64,000 nt of DNA from an uncultured Gemmatimonadales bacterium (GTDB taxonomy: Bacteria; Gemmatimonadota; Gemmatimonadetes; Gemmatimonadales; GWC2-71-9). The stretch covers positions 374,592-438,591 of the forward strand of contig CAWETL010000009.1 of assembly GCA_963812085.1 (NCBI GenBank), read 5' to 3'. Position numbers and translations under genes: made by a program. The notes under the pieces are model-generated. The model was not told the DNA's origin and searched no databases. It worked only from the letters and a program-made list of their open reading frames with translations. This document shows, in pieces, positions 47,339 to 57,173 of the stretch. Every line of letters starts with the position of its first letter. Position 1 is the stretch's first letter.

Positions 47339-48844
47339 TTAGCCGAGTCCAAATGCCTTGATTTTTCGATATAGCGTCCGCTCGCCAATGCCCAGGACTT
47401 CGGCCGCCTTCCGGCGGTTGCCCCGGTACTCCTCCAGCGCGGCCTCGATGGCCCTCTTCTCCACCTCAGCCATTGTCATGCCAGACCGGTAGAGGACCGC
47501 CCCCAGCTCCTCCCCGGGGACCTCCCCCAGCAGGTCGGCCACCGGCTGGCGATCGGCCATGTCGATGATCTGGACCCGCTGAGGCCCGCTGTCCACCCGG
47601 CGCCTGAGGTCCTCGACCTGAACTCGTAAGTCCATGATATTACGCAAGATAAACTCAAGCTCCTGGCTCGACACATCCCGCCCGACATGGGCGATCCGGG
47701 CCGGCAGGAGCGAACCCGCCCCATCCATGACGTCCGGCGGAATGTCCCCGGCCCGGATCTCGGTCCCCGGCGCCAGGACCACCATCGACTCGACCAGGTT
47801 CCGGAGTTGCCGGACGTTCCCGGGCCAGGGGGCGCCGACCAGGTGCTCCAGCGCTTCGGCGGTGATGCCCCGGAAGGGCCGCTCGTGCGCCTTGGCAAAC
47901 TCCCGGACGAACCGACGGAGCAGGAGCGGGATATCCTCCCGCCGCTCCCGGAGGGGCGGCAGGTAGATGTTGAGCACGTTGAGCCGGTAGTACAGGTCGT
48001 CGCGAAACTCGCCGAGCTGGACGGCGTCGCGCAGGTTGCGGTTGGAGGCTGCCACGACCCGCACGTCCACCTTGATCGGCTGCACGCCGCCCACGCGGAA
48101 AAAGGCGCGGCTCTCGAGCACGCGGAGCAGCTTGACCTGGGTGCTCGCGGGAATCTCCCCGATTTCGTCCAGGAAGATCGTACCGCCGTCCGCCAGTTCG
48201 AAGCGACCCAACCGCCGCTCGGCGGCGCCGGTGAACGCACCCTTCTCGTGCCCGAACAGCTCGGACTCCAGCAGGGTATCGGGAATGGCGGCGCAGTTGA
48301 CCGCGATGAACGGCTGGCCCCGCCTGGGCGACAGGTCGTGGATGGCCTTGGCAACGAGTTCCTTGCCGGTGCCCGATTCCCCCTGGATGAGCACCGTGCT
48401 CGACACCGGCGCCATCTGCTCGATCTTGACGAGCACTTCCTGGATGGCGGCGCTCTCGCCGCTGATGCCGGTGCGCTGCTGGAGCTGCCGCCGCTGCACC
48501 AGCCGCCGCGCGGTGGCCACCACCTCGTCGACGTGCGATGGCTTGGTCATCACCGCCGTCGCGCCGAGCCTCGCCACCCGCTCCGCACGCTCCGAGTCGG
48601 TCGGCTCGATGAGGGCGAGCGTGGAAACCTCCGCCTCCCGCGCGAGCGCGATCAGCGCCAGCGCCGGCGACTCGTGGACTGCGCCGGTCAGGATCAGCAG
48701 GTCCGGGCTCTCGCGGCGGAAGACGGAGCGCACGTCGTCCATCGCCGAGACCATCGTGGTCGTGTAGCCCGCGTGCTCCAGCGCCGCGTTGAGCGGCACG
48801 GCGGTCTCGAGGTCGTCCATCGTGAGGAGGATCTGCGCCGTCAT
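47339..48844 (-). CDS. sigma-54-dependent transcriptional activator (NtrC family) with atypical receiver domain
   Basis: GESGTGKE Walker A, the GAFTGA motif, ..[16 protein letters not shown].. and the C-terminal Fis-type HTH ([19 protein letters not shown]) are present. The receiver-like N-domain reads PDLLILTG where PDLvllD is expected. Confidence 0.9.
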   Translation of the reverse strand: MTAQILLTMDDLETAVPLNAALEHAGYTTTMVSAMDDVRSVFRRESPDLLILTGAVHESPALALIALAREAEVSTLALIEPTDSERAERVARLGATAVMTKPSHVDEVVATARRLVQRRQLQQRTGISGESAAIQEVLVKIEQMAPVSSTVLIQGESGTGKELVAKAIHDLSPRRGQPFIAVNCAAIPDTLLESELFGHEKGAFTGAAERRLGRFELADGGTIFLDEIGEIPASTQVKLLRVLESRAFFRVGGVQPIKVDVRVVAASNRNLRDAVQLGEFRDDLYYRLNVLNIYLPPLRERREDIPLLLRRFVREFAKAHERPFRGITAEALEHLVGAPWPGNVRQLRNLVESMVVLAPGTEIRAGDIPPDVMDGAGSLLPARIAHVGRDVSSQELEFILRNIMDLRVQVEDLRRRVDSGPQRVQIIDMADRQPVADLLGEVPGEELGAVLYRSGMTMAEVEKRAIEAALEEYRGNRRKAAEVLGIGERTLYRKIKAFGLG

Positions 48845-48850
48845 CTGCCG

Positions 48851-49345
48851 TCAGCCCTCCTGGTGGGTGTGCGTGGTGTCCGTGCCCCGAACCAGCGCCA
48901 CGGCGTGCGCCACGAGGCCGTCGAGCACGGCGAGACCGTCGCGCACTCCGCCGGGGCTGCCGGGGAGGTTCACGATGAGCGTCTGCCCGCGCACGCCGGC
49001 GAGGCCGCGGGCCAGCGCCGCCCGAGGAAACCGCGGCACCGCGCTCGCGCGGATGGCCTCGGCGATGCCCGGCGCCTCGCGGTCGAGCACGGCGCGGGTG
49101 GCCTCCGGCGTGACGTCCCTCGGGGTGAGGCCGGTGCCGCCGGTGGTCACGATCAGGTCGGCCACGTCGCCGTCGGCCCAGCGGGCGAGTGTCCCCGCGA
49201 TCGGGCCGGTCTCGTCCGGCACCAGGGTGCGCGCCGCCACCGCGTGGCCCCGCTCGGCGGCCCAGGCCGCAATGAGGTCGCCCGAGGCGTCGGCCCGCTC
49301 GCCCCGGCTGCCGGCGTCGGAGATGGTCAGGATGGCTACGCGCAT
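48851..49345 (-). CDS. mogA: molybdenum cofactor biosynthesis protein MogA/MoaB (molybdopterin adenylyltransferase)
   Basis: From ATG 49345: MRVAILTISD....LIVTTGGTGLTPRDVTPEAT...PGSPGGV, the MoaB/MogA signature. Confidence 0.8.
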   Translation of the reverse strand: MRVAILTISDAGSRGERADASGDLIAAWAAERGHAVAARTLVPDETGPIAGTLARWADGDVADLIVTTGGTGLTPRDVTPEATRAVLDREAPGIAEAIRASAVPRFPRAALARGLAGVRGQTLIVNLPGSPGGVRDGLAVLDGLVAHAVALVRGTDTTHTHQEG

Positions 49346-49355
49346 CGTGGGGCGT

Positions 49356-49415
49356 GGGCAGCGGGGCAGCGCGGCCGTTCGGCCGTCACGCAGGGGCGCA
49401 CGACGGTGCGCCCCT
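49356..49415. repeat. second repeat family, copy 2
   Basis: The GGGCAGCGGGGCAGCG box is at 49356-49371. The hairpin AGGGGCGCAC-gacg-GTGCGCCCCT is at 49392-49415. It lies between the gcvT stop and the mogA start. Confidence 0.75.
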
Positions 49416-50523
49416 ACTTGGCCTTGCGCGCGGTGCCCGCCGTGTAGAACGGCCGGCTCACGACCTCGGCGGGAATGCGCGTGCCGCGCGAATCCACCTC
49501 GAAGCGGGTGCCCGGCTTGGCCGCGGCCGCCGGCAGGTAGGTGGTGCCGATCGGGATGCCCAGGGAGGGGCTCATCGTCCCGCTCCGCACGATGTCGACC
49601 TGGTGACCGTCGTAGTAAACGGGGTACCCGTGCCGCGGGATGCCGCGCTCGAGCAGCTTGAAGCCGACGAACCGCCGGGTGACGCCGCGGCCCTTCTGCG
49701 CGCGGAGCGCGTCGCTCCCGGTGAAGGGGGCGCCCTTGTCGAGCTTCACGATCCACGCCAGGCCGGCTTCGAGCGGCGTGATGGTGTCGTCGATGTCGTT
49801 GCCGTAGAGCGGGTACGCCACCTCGAGCCGGAGCGAGTCGCGCGCGCCGAGGCCAATCGGCTGAGCGCGGCCCGGACCCTCGAGGGCGCGCCAGATCGCC
49901 TCGGTGTCGCGGGTGCGGCAGTAGATCTCGAAGCCGTCCTCGCCGGTGTAGCCGGTGCGGCTCACGAAGCAATCGGCGCCGGCCACCTTGCCGGTAGTGA
50001 ACTTGTAGTAGCCGAGGGCGGGGAGGTCGATGTCGGTGACCGGCGCCATGACCGCGTCGGCCTTCGGGCCCTGCAGCGCGAGCAGGCCGACGTCCTCGGA
50101 AATGTTCTTGAGGCGGACGTTGGCGCCGCCCTTCTGCGCCACGATGTGGTTCCAGTCCTTCTCGATGTTCGAGGCGTTGACCACGATCATCACCTTGTCC
50201 TCGAACCGGTAGACGGTGCAGTCGTCCACGAAGGTCCCCTCGACCGTCAGCAGCGCGGAATACTGCACGTCGCCGGCCGCCAGCGCGCCCACGTCGTTGC
50301 AGGTGACCCGGTTGACGAAGGCGTTCCGGTCGGGCCCGGTGACCTCGAACTCCCCCATGTGGGAGACGTCGAAGAGCCCGGCGCCGGTCCGCACCGCCTT
50401 GTGCTCGGCGAGGATCCCGGCGGGGTACTGCACCGGCATCTCGAAGCCCGCGAAGGGCACCATCTTGGCGCCGAGGGCCACGTGGACGTCATAGAGCGGG
50501 GTACGCTTGAGCGGCGTGTCCAT
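49414..50523 (-). CDS. gcvT: glycine cleavage system aminomethyltransferase T
   Basis: [25 protein letters not shown]....[13 protein letters not shown] is the classic GcvT N-terminus. Confidence 0.9.
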   Translation of the reverse strand: MDTPLKRTPLYDVHVALGAKMVPFAGFEMPVQYPAGILAEHKAVRTGAGLFDVSHMGEFEVTGPDRNAFVNRVTCNDVGALAAGDVQYSALLTVEGTFVDDCTVYRFEDKVMIVVNASNIEKDWNHIVAQKGGANVRLKNISEDVGLLALQGPKADAVMAPVTDIDLPALGYYKFTTGKVAGADCFVSRTGYTGEDGFEIYCRTRDTEAIWRALEGPGRAQPIGLGARDSLRLEVAYPLYGNDIDDTITPLEAGLAWIVKLDKGAPFTGSDALRAQKGRGVTRRFVGFKLLERGIPRHGYPVYYDGHQVDIVRSGTMSPSLGIPIGTTYLPAAAAKPGTRFEVDSRGTRIPAEVVSRPFYTAGTARKAK

Positions 50524-50550
50524 GAGCCTGACCAGTCTGAAAGAAGAAGC

Positions 50551-50590
50551 GAGATTGCGTCGGCCGCGACGCGGCCTCGCAATGACAGAA
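50551..50590. repeat. solo hairpin arm, type A (reverse orientation)
   Basis: The sequence is GAGATTGCGTCGGCCGCGACGCGGCCTCGCAATGACAGAA. It lies between the argF stop and the gcvT start. Confidence 0.8.
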
Positions 50591-50610
50591 GCGAATCGTG
50601 TCCGGCCTGC

Positions 50611-51543
50611 CTATCCCATCAGCATCGCCATCAGGGCCTTCTGCACGTGGAGGCGGTTCTCCGCCTCGTCCCACACCCGCGACTGCGGGCCTTCGAGCAC
50701 CGCCTCGGCGACTTCCTCCCCCCGGTGCGCCGGGAGGCAGTGGAGGAAGATCGCCTTCGGGTCGGCGTGCCGCATGAGCTCCTGGTCCACCGAGTAACCC
50801 TGGAACGCCTGGGCGCGGAGCACGGCCTCGCTCTCCTGTCCCATCGAGGCCCAGACGTCGGTGGTCACCACGTGGGCCCCGGCCACCGCCTCGTCCGGGT
50901 CGGAGGTCATGAGCACGCGGGTCTTCGCCGCGTTGCGCTCGAAGATGGCGCGGTCGGGCTCGTATCCCTCAGGGCAGGCCAGCCGCAACTCGAAGCCGAG
51001 GAGCCCGGCCGCGTTGAGCCAGCTGTTGCACATGTTGTTGCCGTCGCCGATCCAGGCCACCGTCTTCCCCTCGAGCGTGCCGAAGGCCTCCACCGCGGTC
51101 AGGAGGTCGGCCAGGATCTGGCAGGGGTGCAGGAGGTCGGTGAGGCCGTTGATGACCGGCACCGTGGCATAGCGCGCCAGTTCCTCGACGTCGGCATGCG
51201 CGAAGGTGCGGATCATGATCCCGTCCACCATGCGCGAGAGGACGCGCGCCATGTCGCGGATCGGCTCGCCGCGGCCCAGCTGGATGTCCCGGGACGAGAG
51301 GAAGAGCGCGTGGCCGCCGAGCTGGAGGGCGCCCACCTCGAACGAGACCCGGGTCCGGGTGGAGCTCTTGGCGAAGATCATCGCCAGCGTCTTGCCGGCC
51401 AGCGGACGCTCCCGGTACACCCCAGCCTTCATCCGGGCGGCCAGGTCGAGCAGCACGTGGACCTCGGCGGCGGTGAAGTCGGGGATGGCGAGGAAGTCGC
51501 GCTTGGTCATGAATCGATCGGTGGCGGGGGTAAGGGCGGCCAA
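50611..51543 (-). CDS. argF: ornithine carbamoyltransferase
   Basis: Motifs STRTR, HPCQILADL and HCLPAHRGEEV. The start may be the internal MTKRDFL.. (about 51510). Confidence 0.85.
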   Translation of the reverse strand: MAALTPATDRFMTKRDFLAIPDFTAAEVHVLLDLAARMKAGVYRERPLAGKTLAMIFAKSSTRTRVSFEVGALQLGGHALFLSSRDIQLGRGEPIRDMARVLSRMVDGIMIRTFAHADVEELARYATVPVINGLTDLLHPCQILADLLTAVEAFGTLEGKTVAWIGDGNNMCNSWLNAAGLLGFELRLACPEGYEPDRAIFERNAAKTRVLMTSDPDEAVAGAHVVTTDVWASMGQESEAVLRAQAFQGYSVDQELMRHADPKAIFLHCLPAHRGEEVAEAVLEGPQSRVWDEAENRLHVQKALMAMLMG

Positions 51544-51602
51544 ATTGGCAGGAGGAGTTTAGCCCGTCGGGGAGGGGTGGGGCAAGTTGAGGCGGCCCGG
51601 GG

Positions 51603-52620
51603 TCAGTTGCGGAGGTAGGGCTCCAGCCCGGCGGCTTTGACCACGGCAGGTAGCGCGGATCCTGGCGCAGGCAGCCGAGGTCCACGTTGGTGACGATCCA
51701 CCGAGGCGCTTGGGTCGGATGCGGTAGAGATCCTCGATCGAGGTCCATCGCTTTCTTCGAGTCGCCCAGCTCGCAGAGGAGCGCATCGATGCGAAGTTCG
51801 GCCACGTTGTAGCGCTCGGCTGGGAACGACGTCGGCCCGCTCCAGACGTGCGATCAGCGAGTCGGCGGACTTCCGCAGTCTCCGCCCGGCGCGCGCGCGC
51901 GTAGGCGGCGGTGTCGTGCGCGGCGAGCGCCGCTTCGAACGCCTCGGCGGACTCGCCGGTCGAGTCCACGAAGCGCCGGATGCGGATCGCATCGGCGTGA
52001 CGGCCCAGCCGTTCGTAGGTCGTGATCAGGCGGGTCCACGCGCCGGCGCTGGGGCGGATGGCCATGGAGCGCTCGAGCACTGCCGGCGGCCTCCGGATAC
52101 CGCCGGGCGGCCATCAGCCCGCGCCGAGGCTGTTGAGCCGCAGCAGGCTCGGTTCCAGTTCGATCGCGCTGCTCGTAGTCCGAGAGCGCCCCCTTGAGGT
52201 CGCCGTCGAGCTCCTGTCGGAGATTCCCAGGATCCGGAAGACCTAGGGTACCCGGAGTCGAGCGCGATGATACGCGTCCATTGCCGCGCGCGCGCCCTGC
52301 GAAGTCGTCCTCGAGGTAAAGCCGAATCGACCACCATCTCGTTCCATGCGTTCACGAGGGTGCTGTCGAGCGTCAGCGCCAGCCCGGTCAGGGAGTCACC
52401 GCGGGCCTGCGACCTCGGCCGGCGTCAGGCCAGGCACCGACCAGCCGCGAATGAACGAGATGGAATAGAAGTCTCCCATGCCCGCCGATGGCCTGCGGGT
52501 TCCGCGGCGATCCCGCTCCAGCACACTCTGATATAGCGTCCGCACCGAGTCGATCGTGGCCGAGTCGCCCGGCGCGCCCGCGATGCCCTGCGAGCCAGCA
52601 GCGCCGGCCGCGAAGCACGA
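51603..52620 (-). pseudogene. frame-disrupted C-terminal (TPR-like) region of the upstream Ser/Thr kinase gene
   Basis: Protein-like sequence jumps between all three minus frames. Examples are ..GSQGIAGAPGDSATIDSVRTLYQSVLERD | PRNPQAIGG | MGDFYSISFIRGWSVPGLTPAEVA | GDSLTGLALTLDSTLVNAWNEMVV .. and later ..TTYERLGRHADAIRIRRFVDSTGESAEAFEAALAAHDTAAYARA.. The last fragment ends ..VVKAAGLEPYLRN* at 51603. Confidence 0.5.
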
Positions 52621-54058
52621 GATCGAGCACGACTGGATCCACCGTCGAGCGGTCGAGGACCGCCTGTCGCGCCCCGCCGCTCAGCTGCAGGCGGAGCGAG
52701 TCGGCGATGACGGCGACGACCGCGGGAATCAGCCCGGCGTAGTCGGTATCGGGATACTCGAACTGTCCCGACCAGAGCAGGCGCCCGTCCTCGACCTGGA
52801 CCAGTTCGGCGTTCACGCTGAGCCTGCCCCCGAACCGGGCGAGGGTGCCGGTCAGCACGGCCGTCGCCCCGAGCTTGCGGCCGAGGTCCACCGGGGACGA
52901 GATGGCGGAATCACGGCGGACGAGACTCATCGGCATCACGTCGAGCCCCGGCAGGCGTCGCAACGCCGAGACGAGGTAGTCCGGAATGCCGCTCCTCAGG
53001 TAATCGGTCGAGGAATCCCGGTTGACGACAGCCAGGTCGGTCAGGGCCAGGCGTCGCGCCGTGGGCGCGGCCGGGGCCGGCCTCCGCATGAAGAAGATGA
53101 TGCCGGCCGCCACGACGGCCAGGAACGCCAGCACGGCGAACAGCGGCGTTCGCGATCGTCTCGGCGCGCCAACGGGGCTCGGTGTCGAGGTGGGCGTTGT
53201 CCCCGTTTGAAGGGCCGCCGAGAACTCGGCGGCCGTCGGGAACCGGTCCGTCGGCGCCTTGGCGAGGGCACGGTGCAGCGCGGTGTCGAGTTCCGCCGAG
53301 ATCGTGTCCCGGAGCCGGCGGGCCGACGGCACCGGGTCGGTGAGCCGCTTGACCAGGATGGCCTGCGCGTTGGGGCCGGTGAACGGCGGCTCTCCGACCA
53401 GCATTTCGTAGAGCACGCAGCCCAGGCTGTAGAGATCGCTCCGGGCGTCCACCTCGCGCTCCGCCGCCGCCTGCTCCGGGCTCATGTACGCCGGGGTCCC
53501 GATGGCGAGGCCGGTCTCGGTCAGGCGCTCGCCTCCCGCCACGCCGACCGCGCGGGCGATCCCGAAATCCGCCACCAGCGCGTGCCCGCCGGAGAGCAGG
53601 ATGTTCTCGGGCTTGATGTCGCGATGCACGATGCCGTGGGCGTGCGCCGCACCGAGGGCGCCGAGGACCTCGCGGGCGATGCCCACGGCCGTGTCCACCG
53701 GGAGCTGGCCCTGGCTCTGCAGCCGGTCCCGGAGCGTCTCCCCCTCGACGTACGGCATGACGTAGAACAGGACATCCCGTCCCGCGACGTGCTCCGCCCC
53801 GCTGTCGTAGAGGGGCAGGATGTGGGGATGCTGGAGTCCCGCGGCGAGGCCGATCTCGCGGAGGAAGCGCTCACCTCCGAGCGAGTCGGCGAGTTCGGGC
53901 CGGAGCACCTTGATGGCGACCCGGCGCCCGTGCTTCAGGTCGTCGGCCAGGTACACGATGGCCATGCCCCCGCGCCCGAGCTCGCGCTCGAGCCGGTAGC
54001 GTCCGGCCAGTGGGCCCTGCAGGGTGTTCAGGAGGTCCATGGTGATTTCGGCGCTCAA
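52388..54058 (-). CDS. Ser/Thr protein kinase with TM helix and extracytoplasmic domain (open frame as it stands; 3' end likely frame-disrupted)
   Basis: Kinase motifs: GRGGMAIVY, VAIK, HRDIKPENILL, DFG and the SPEQ (APE-like) segment. After a Pro/Thr linker comes the TM helix LFAVLAFLAVVAAGIIFF and a periplasmic region. The last ~70 codons before stop 52388 look out of frame. Confidence 0.85.
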   Translation of the reverse strand: MSAEITMDLLNTLQGPLAGRYRLERELGRGGMAIVYLADDLKHGRRVAIKVLRPELADSLGGERFLREIGLAAGLQHPHILPLYDSGAEHVAGRDVLFYVMPYVEGETLRDRLQSQGQLPVDTAVGIAREVLGALGAAHAHGIVHRDIKPENILLSGGHALVADFGIARAVGVAGGERLTETGLAIGTPAYMSPEQAAAEREVDARSDLYSLGCVLYEMLVGEPPFTGPNAQAILVKRLTDPVPSARRLRDTISAELDTALHRALAKAPTDRFPTAAEFSAALQTGTTPTSTPSPVGAPRRSRTPLFAVLAFLAVVAAGIIFFMRRPAPAAPTARRLALTDLAVVNRDSSTDYLRSGIPDYLVSALRRLPGLDVMPMSLVRRDSAISSPVDLGRKLGATAVLTGTLARFGGRLSVNAELVQVEDGRLLWSGQFEYPDTDYAGLIPAVVAVIADSLRLQLSGGARQAVLDRSTVDPVVLDLVLRGRRCWLAGHRGRAGRLGHDRLGADAISECAGAGSPRNPQAIGGHGRLLFHLVHSRLVGAWPDAGRGRRPAVTP

Positions 54059-54092
54059 TCTACGACCCGGGGATGTTCCGGCCAGAGGGGTG

Positions 54093-55549
<1,457 letters not shown>

Positions 55550-55553
<4 letters not shown>

Positions 55554-56093
55554 GAGGCGCCCAGTTCCAGCACCGTGATGTGGTCGTTGGTGAACACGCA
55601 GATCTCCGCGGCGATGCGGAGCGAGCGGTCCACCGTCTCGCGCGCCGAGAGCGCGGCGTCCGGCAGGAGTGCCCGCGCGGCGGCGAGGGCGTAGTTGCCG
55701 CCCGAGCCCACCGCGAGGATGCCGTCGTCGGGCTCGATGAGTTCGCCGCTGCCGCTCAGGAGGAAGCTGTGCTCGAGGTCGGCCACCACGAGCAGCGCCT
55801 CGAGCCGCCGGAGGATGCGGTCGCTCCGCCAGTCCTTGGCGAGCTCGACGGCCGCCCGCGGCAGGTTGCCGGGGTGGCGCTCCAGCTTTTCCTCGAATTT
55901 TTCATAGAGCGTGAGCGCGTCGGCCACCGACCCGGCGAATCCCGCCAGGATCTTGCCGCCCTTGAGGGTGCGCACCTTGGTGGCACGGCCCTTCATGACG
56001 GTGTCGCCCACACTCACCTGGCCGTCGCCGCCGAGGGCGACGCGTCCGGCCTTCCGGACGGTGAGGATCGTGGTGCCGTGGAATGATCGTCAT
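55550..56093 (-). pseudogene. hslV: ATP-dependent protease subunit HslV with apparent frameshift after codon 3-4
   Basis: The body frame reads ..[38 protein letters not shown].. (catalytic Thr region). That frame has a TGA at 56090-56092 and no ATG/GTG/TTG before the catalytic Thr. The only ATG (56093, ATG ACG ATC A|TTC CAC GGC) is offset by one nt. Confidence 0.75.
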
Positions 56094-56112
56094 GAGTGCA
56101 AATCCCCAACCA

Positions 56113-56150
56113 GGTTGCTCCGACCGCCACGCGGCCTCGCAATGACAGAA
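56113..56150. repeat. solo hairpin arm, type A (reverse orientation, degenerate inner end)
   Basis: The sequence is GGTTGCTCCGACCGCCACGCGGCCTCGCAATGACAGAA. It lies between the xerC stop and the hslV start. Confidence 0.7.
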
Positions 56151-56156
56151 ATCAGC

Positions 56157-57173
56157 CTACGCGCGCGGATGTGCCTGCTGGTAGACCCGCTTCAGGCGTT
56201 CCACGCTGGTGTGGGTGTACACCTGGGTGGTGCTGAGCGAGGCGTGGCCGAGCATCTCCTGCACCGCCCGGAGGTCCGCGCCTGCGTCAAGCAGGTGCGT
56301 GGCGAAGCTGTGGCGGAGCGAGTGGGTCCGCAAGCCGTCCACGCCGACCAGGTCGAACGCCCGGTGCACGATCCGCTGGACGCTCCGGGCCGCCAGCCGG
56401 CGGCCCCGCTCGCTCACGAAGACCGCCCGGCGGTCGGCGGCGCTCGGGGCCTTCAGGGCCTCGCGGACGGGAAGATAGCGGCGAAGCACGCGGACCGCCC
56501 GGCCCCCGACGGGAATGATGCGCTCCTTGCGGCCCTTGCCGCGCACCTTCACCTGGTCGGAGAGGAGGTCGAGCGAGTCGATGTCGAGCCCCTGGAGCTC
56601 GGAGAGCCGCATCCCGGTGGAGTAGAACAGCTCGAGGATGGTCAGATCGCGGAGCGCGGCGAAGTCGTCGCCCGCCGCGCGGGCCTCCAGCGCGGCGAAG
56701 AGGTCGTCCACCTGGGTGCGCTCGAGGTGGCCGGGGAGCCGCTTTGGCAGCCGCGGCACGCGCGCCGCGCGCGAGACGGCCGCGTTGATCCCGTGATGGG
56801 TCTGGAGATACCGGTAGAAGCTGCGGACGGCGGAGAGCGCCCGCGCCGCCGTCCGCTTGGAGAGCCCACGGCGATGGAGCTCGCCCAGGAACCCGCGGAA
56901 GCCGAGCCGGTCCACGGCGGCCCAGTCCCCGGCGCGGCCGTAGTGCCGGCCGCAGAACTCCTCGAAGGCGGCGAGGTCGCGGCCGTAGGCGGACACGGTA
57001 TTCGGAGAATGCTGGGTCTCTTTCTCGAGATGCAGCAGGTATTCACCAATGAGCGGGTCGACTGGACCCCGGCGTTCGCCGGGGTGACGATCCGGGCTGT
57101 CGCCGGGGTGACGAGCATCCCGCCCCGCAGCCCCGCTGGCCCCCTGCCCTGCCTTCACAGCGTCGCCTTCCAT
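56157..57173 (-). CDS. xerC: tyrosine recombinase XerC/XerD family
   Basis: ..LIGEYLLHLEKETQHSPNTVSAYGRDL.. and the catalytic region HSLRHSFATHLLDAGADLRAVQEMLGHASLSTTQVYTH. Synteny with trmFO and hslVU. The start is either ATG 57173 or GTG 57158 (GTGA overlap with the trmFO stop). Confidence 0.85.
   Translation of the reverse strand: MEGDAVKAGQGASGAAGRDARHPGDSPDRHPGERRGPVDPLIGEYLLHLEKETQHSPNTVSAYGRDLAAFEEFCGRHYGRAGDWAAVDRLGFRGFLGELHRRGLSKRTAARALSAVRSFYRYLQTHHGINAAVSRAARVPRLPKRLPGHLERTQVDDLFAALEARAAGDDFAALRDLTILELFYSTGMRLSELQGLDIDSLDLLSDQVKVRGKGRKERIIPVGGRAVRVLRRYLPVREALKAPSAADRRAVFVSERGRRLAARSVQRIVHRAFDLVGVDGLRTHSLRHSFATHLLDAGADLRAVQEMLGHASLSTTQVYTHTSVERLKRVYQQAHPRA

Noticed and set aside
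50524-50610. Glycine riboswitch upstream of gcvT.
   Set aside because: Only 87 nt are available, and 40 of them are a repeat arm. I cannot see the conserved glycine-aptamer features, and the space is too short for even a single aptamer plus expression platform.
56157-57173. Tyrosine recombinase as a marker of a prophage or integrative element.
   Set aside because: It sits in the conserved housekeeping block trmFO-xerC-hslVU with translational coupling, and it has XerC/D-type motifs. There are no phage genes, att-like repeats or tRNA nearby.
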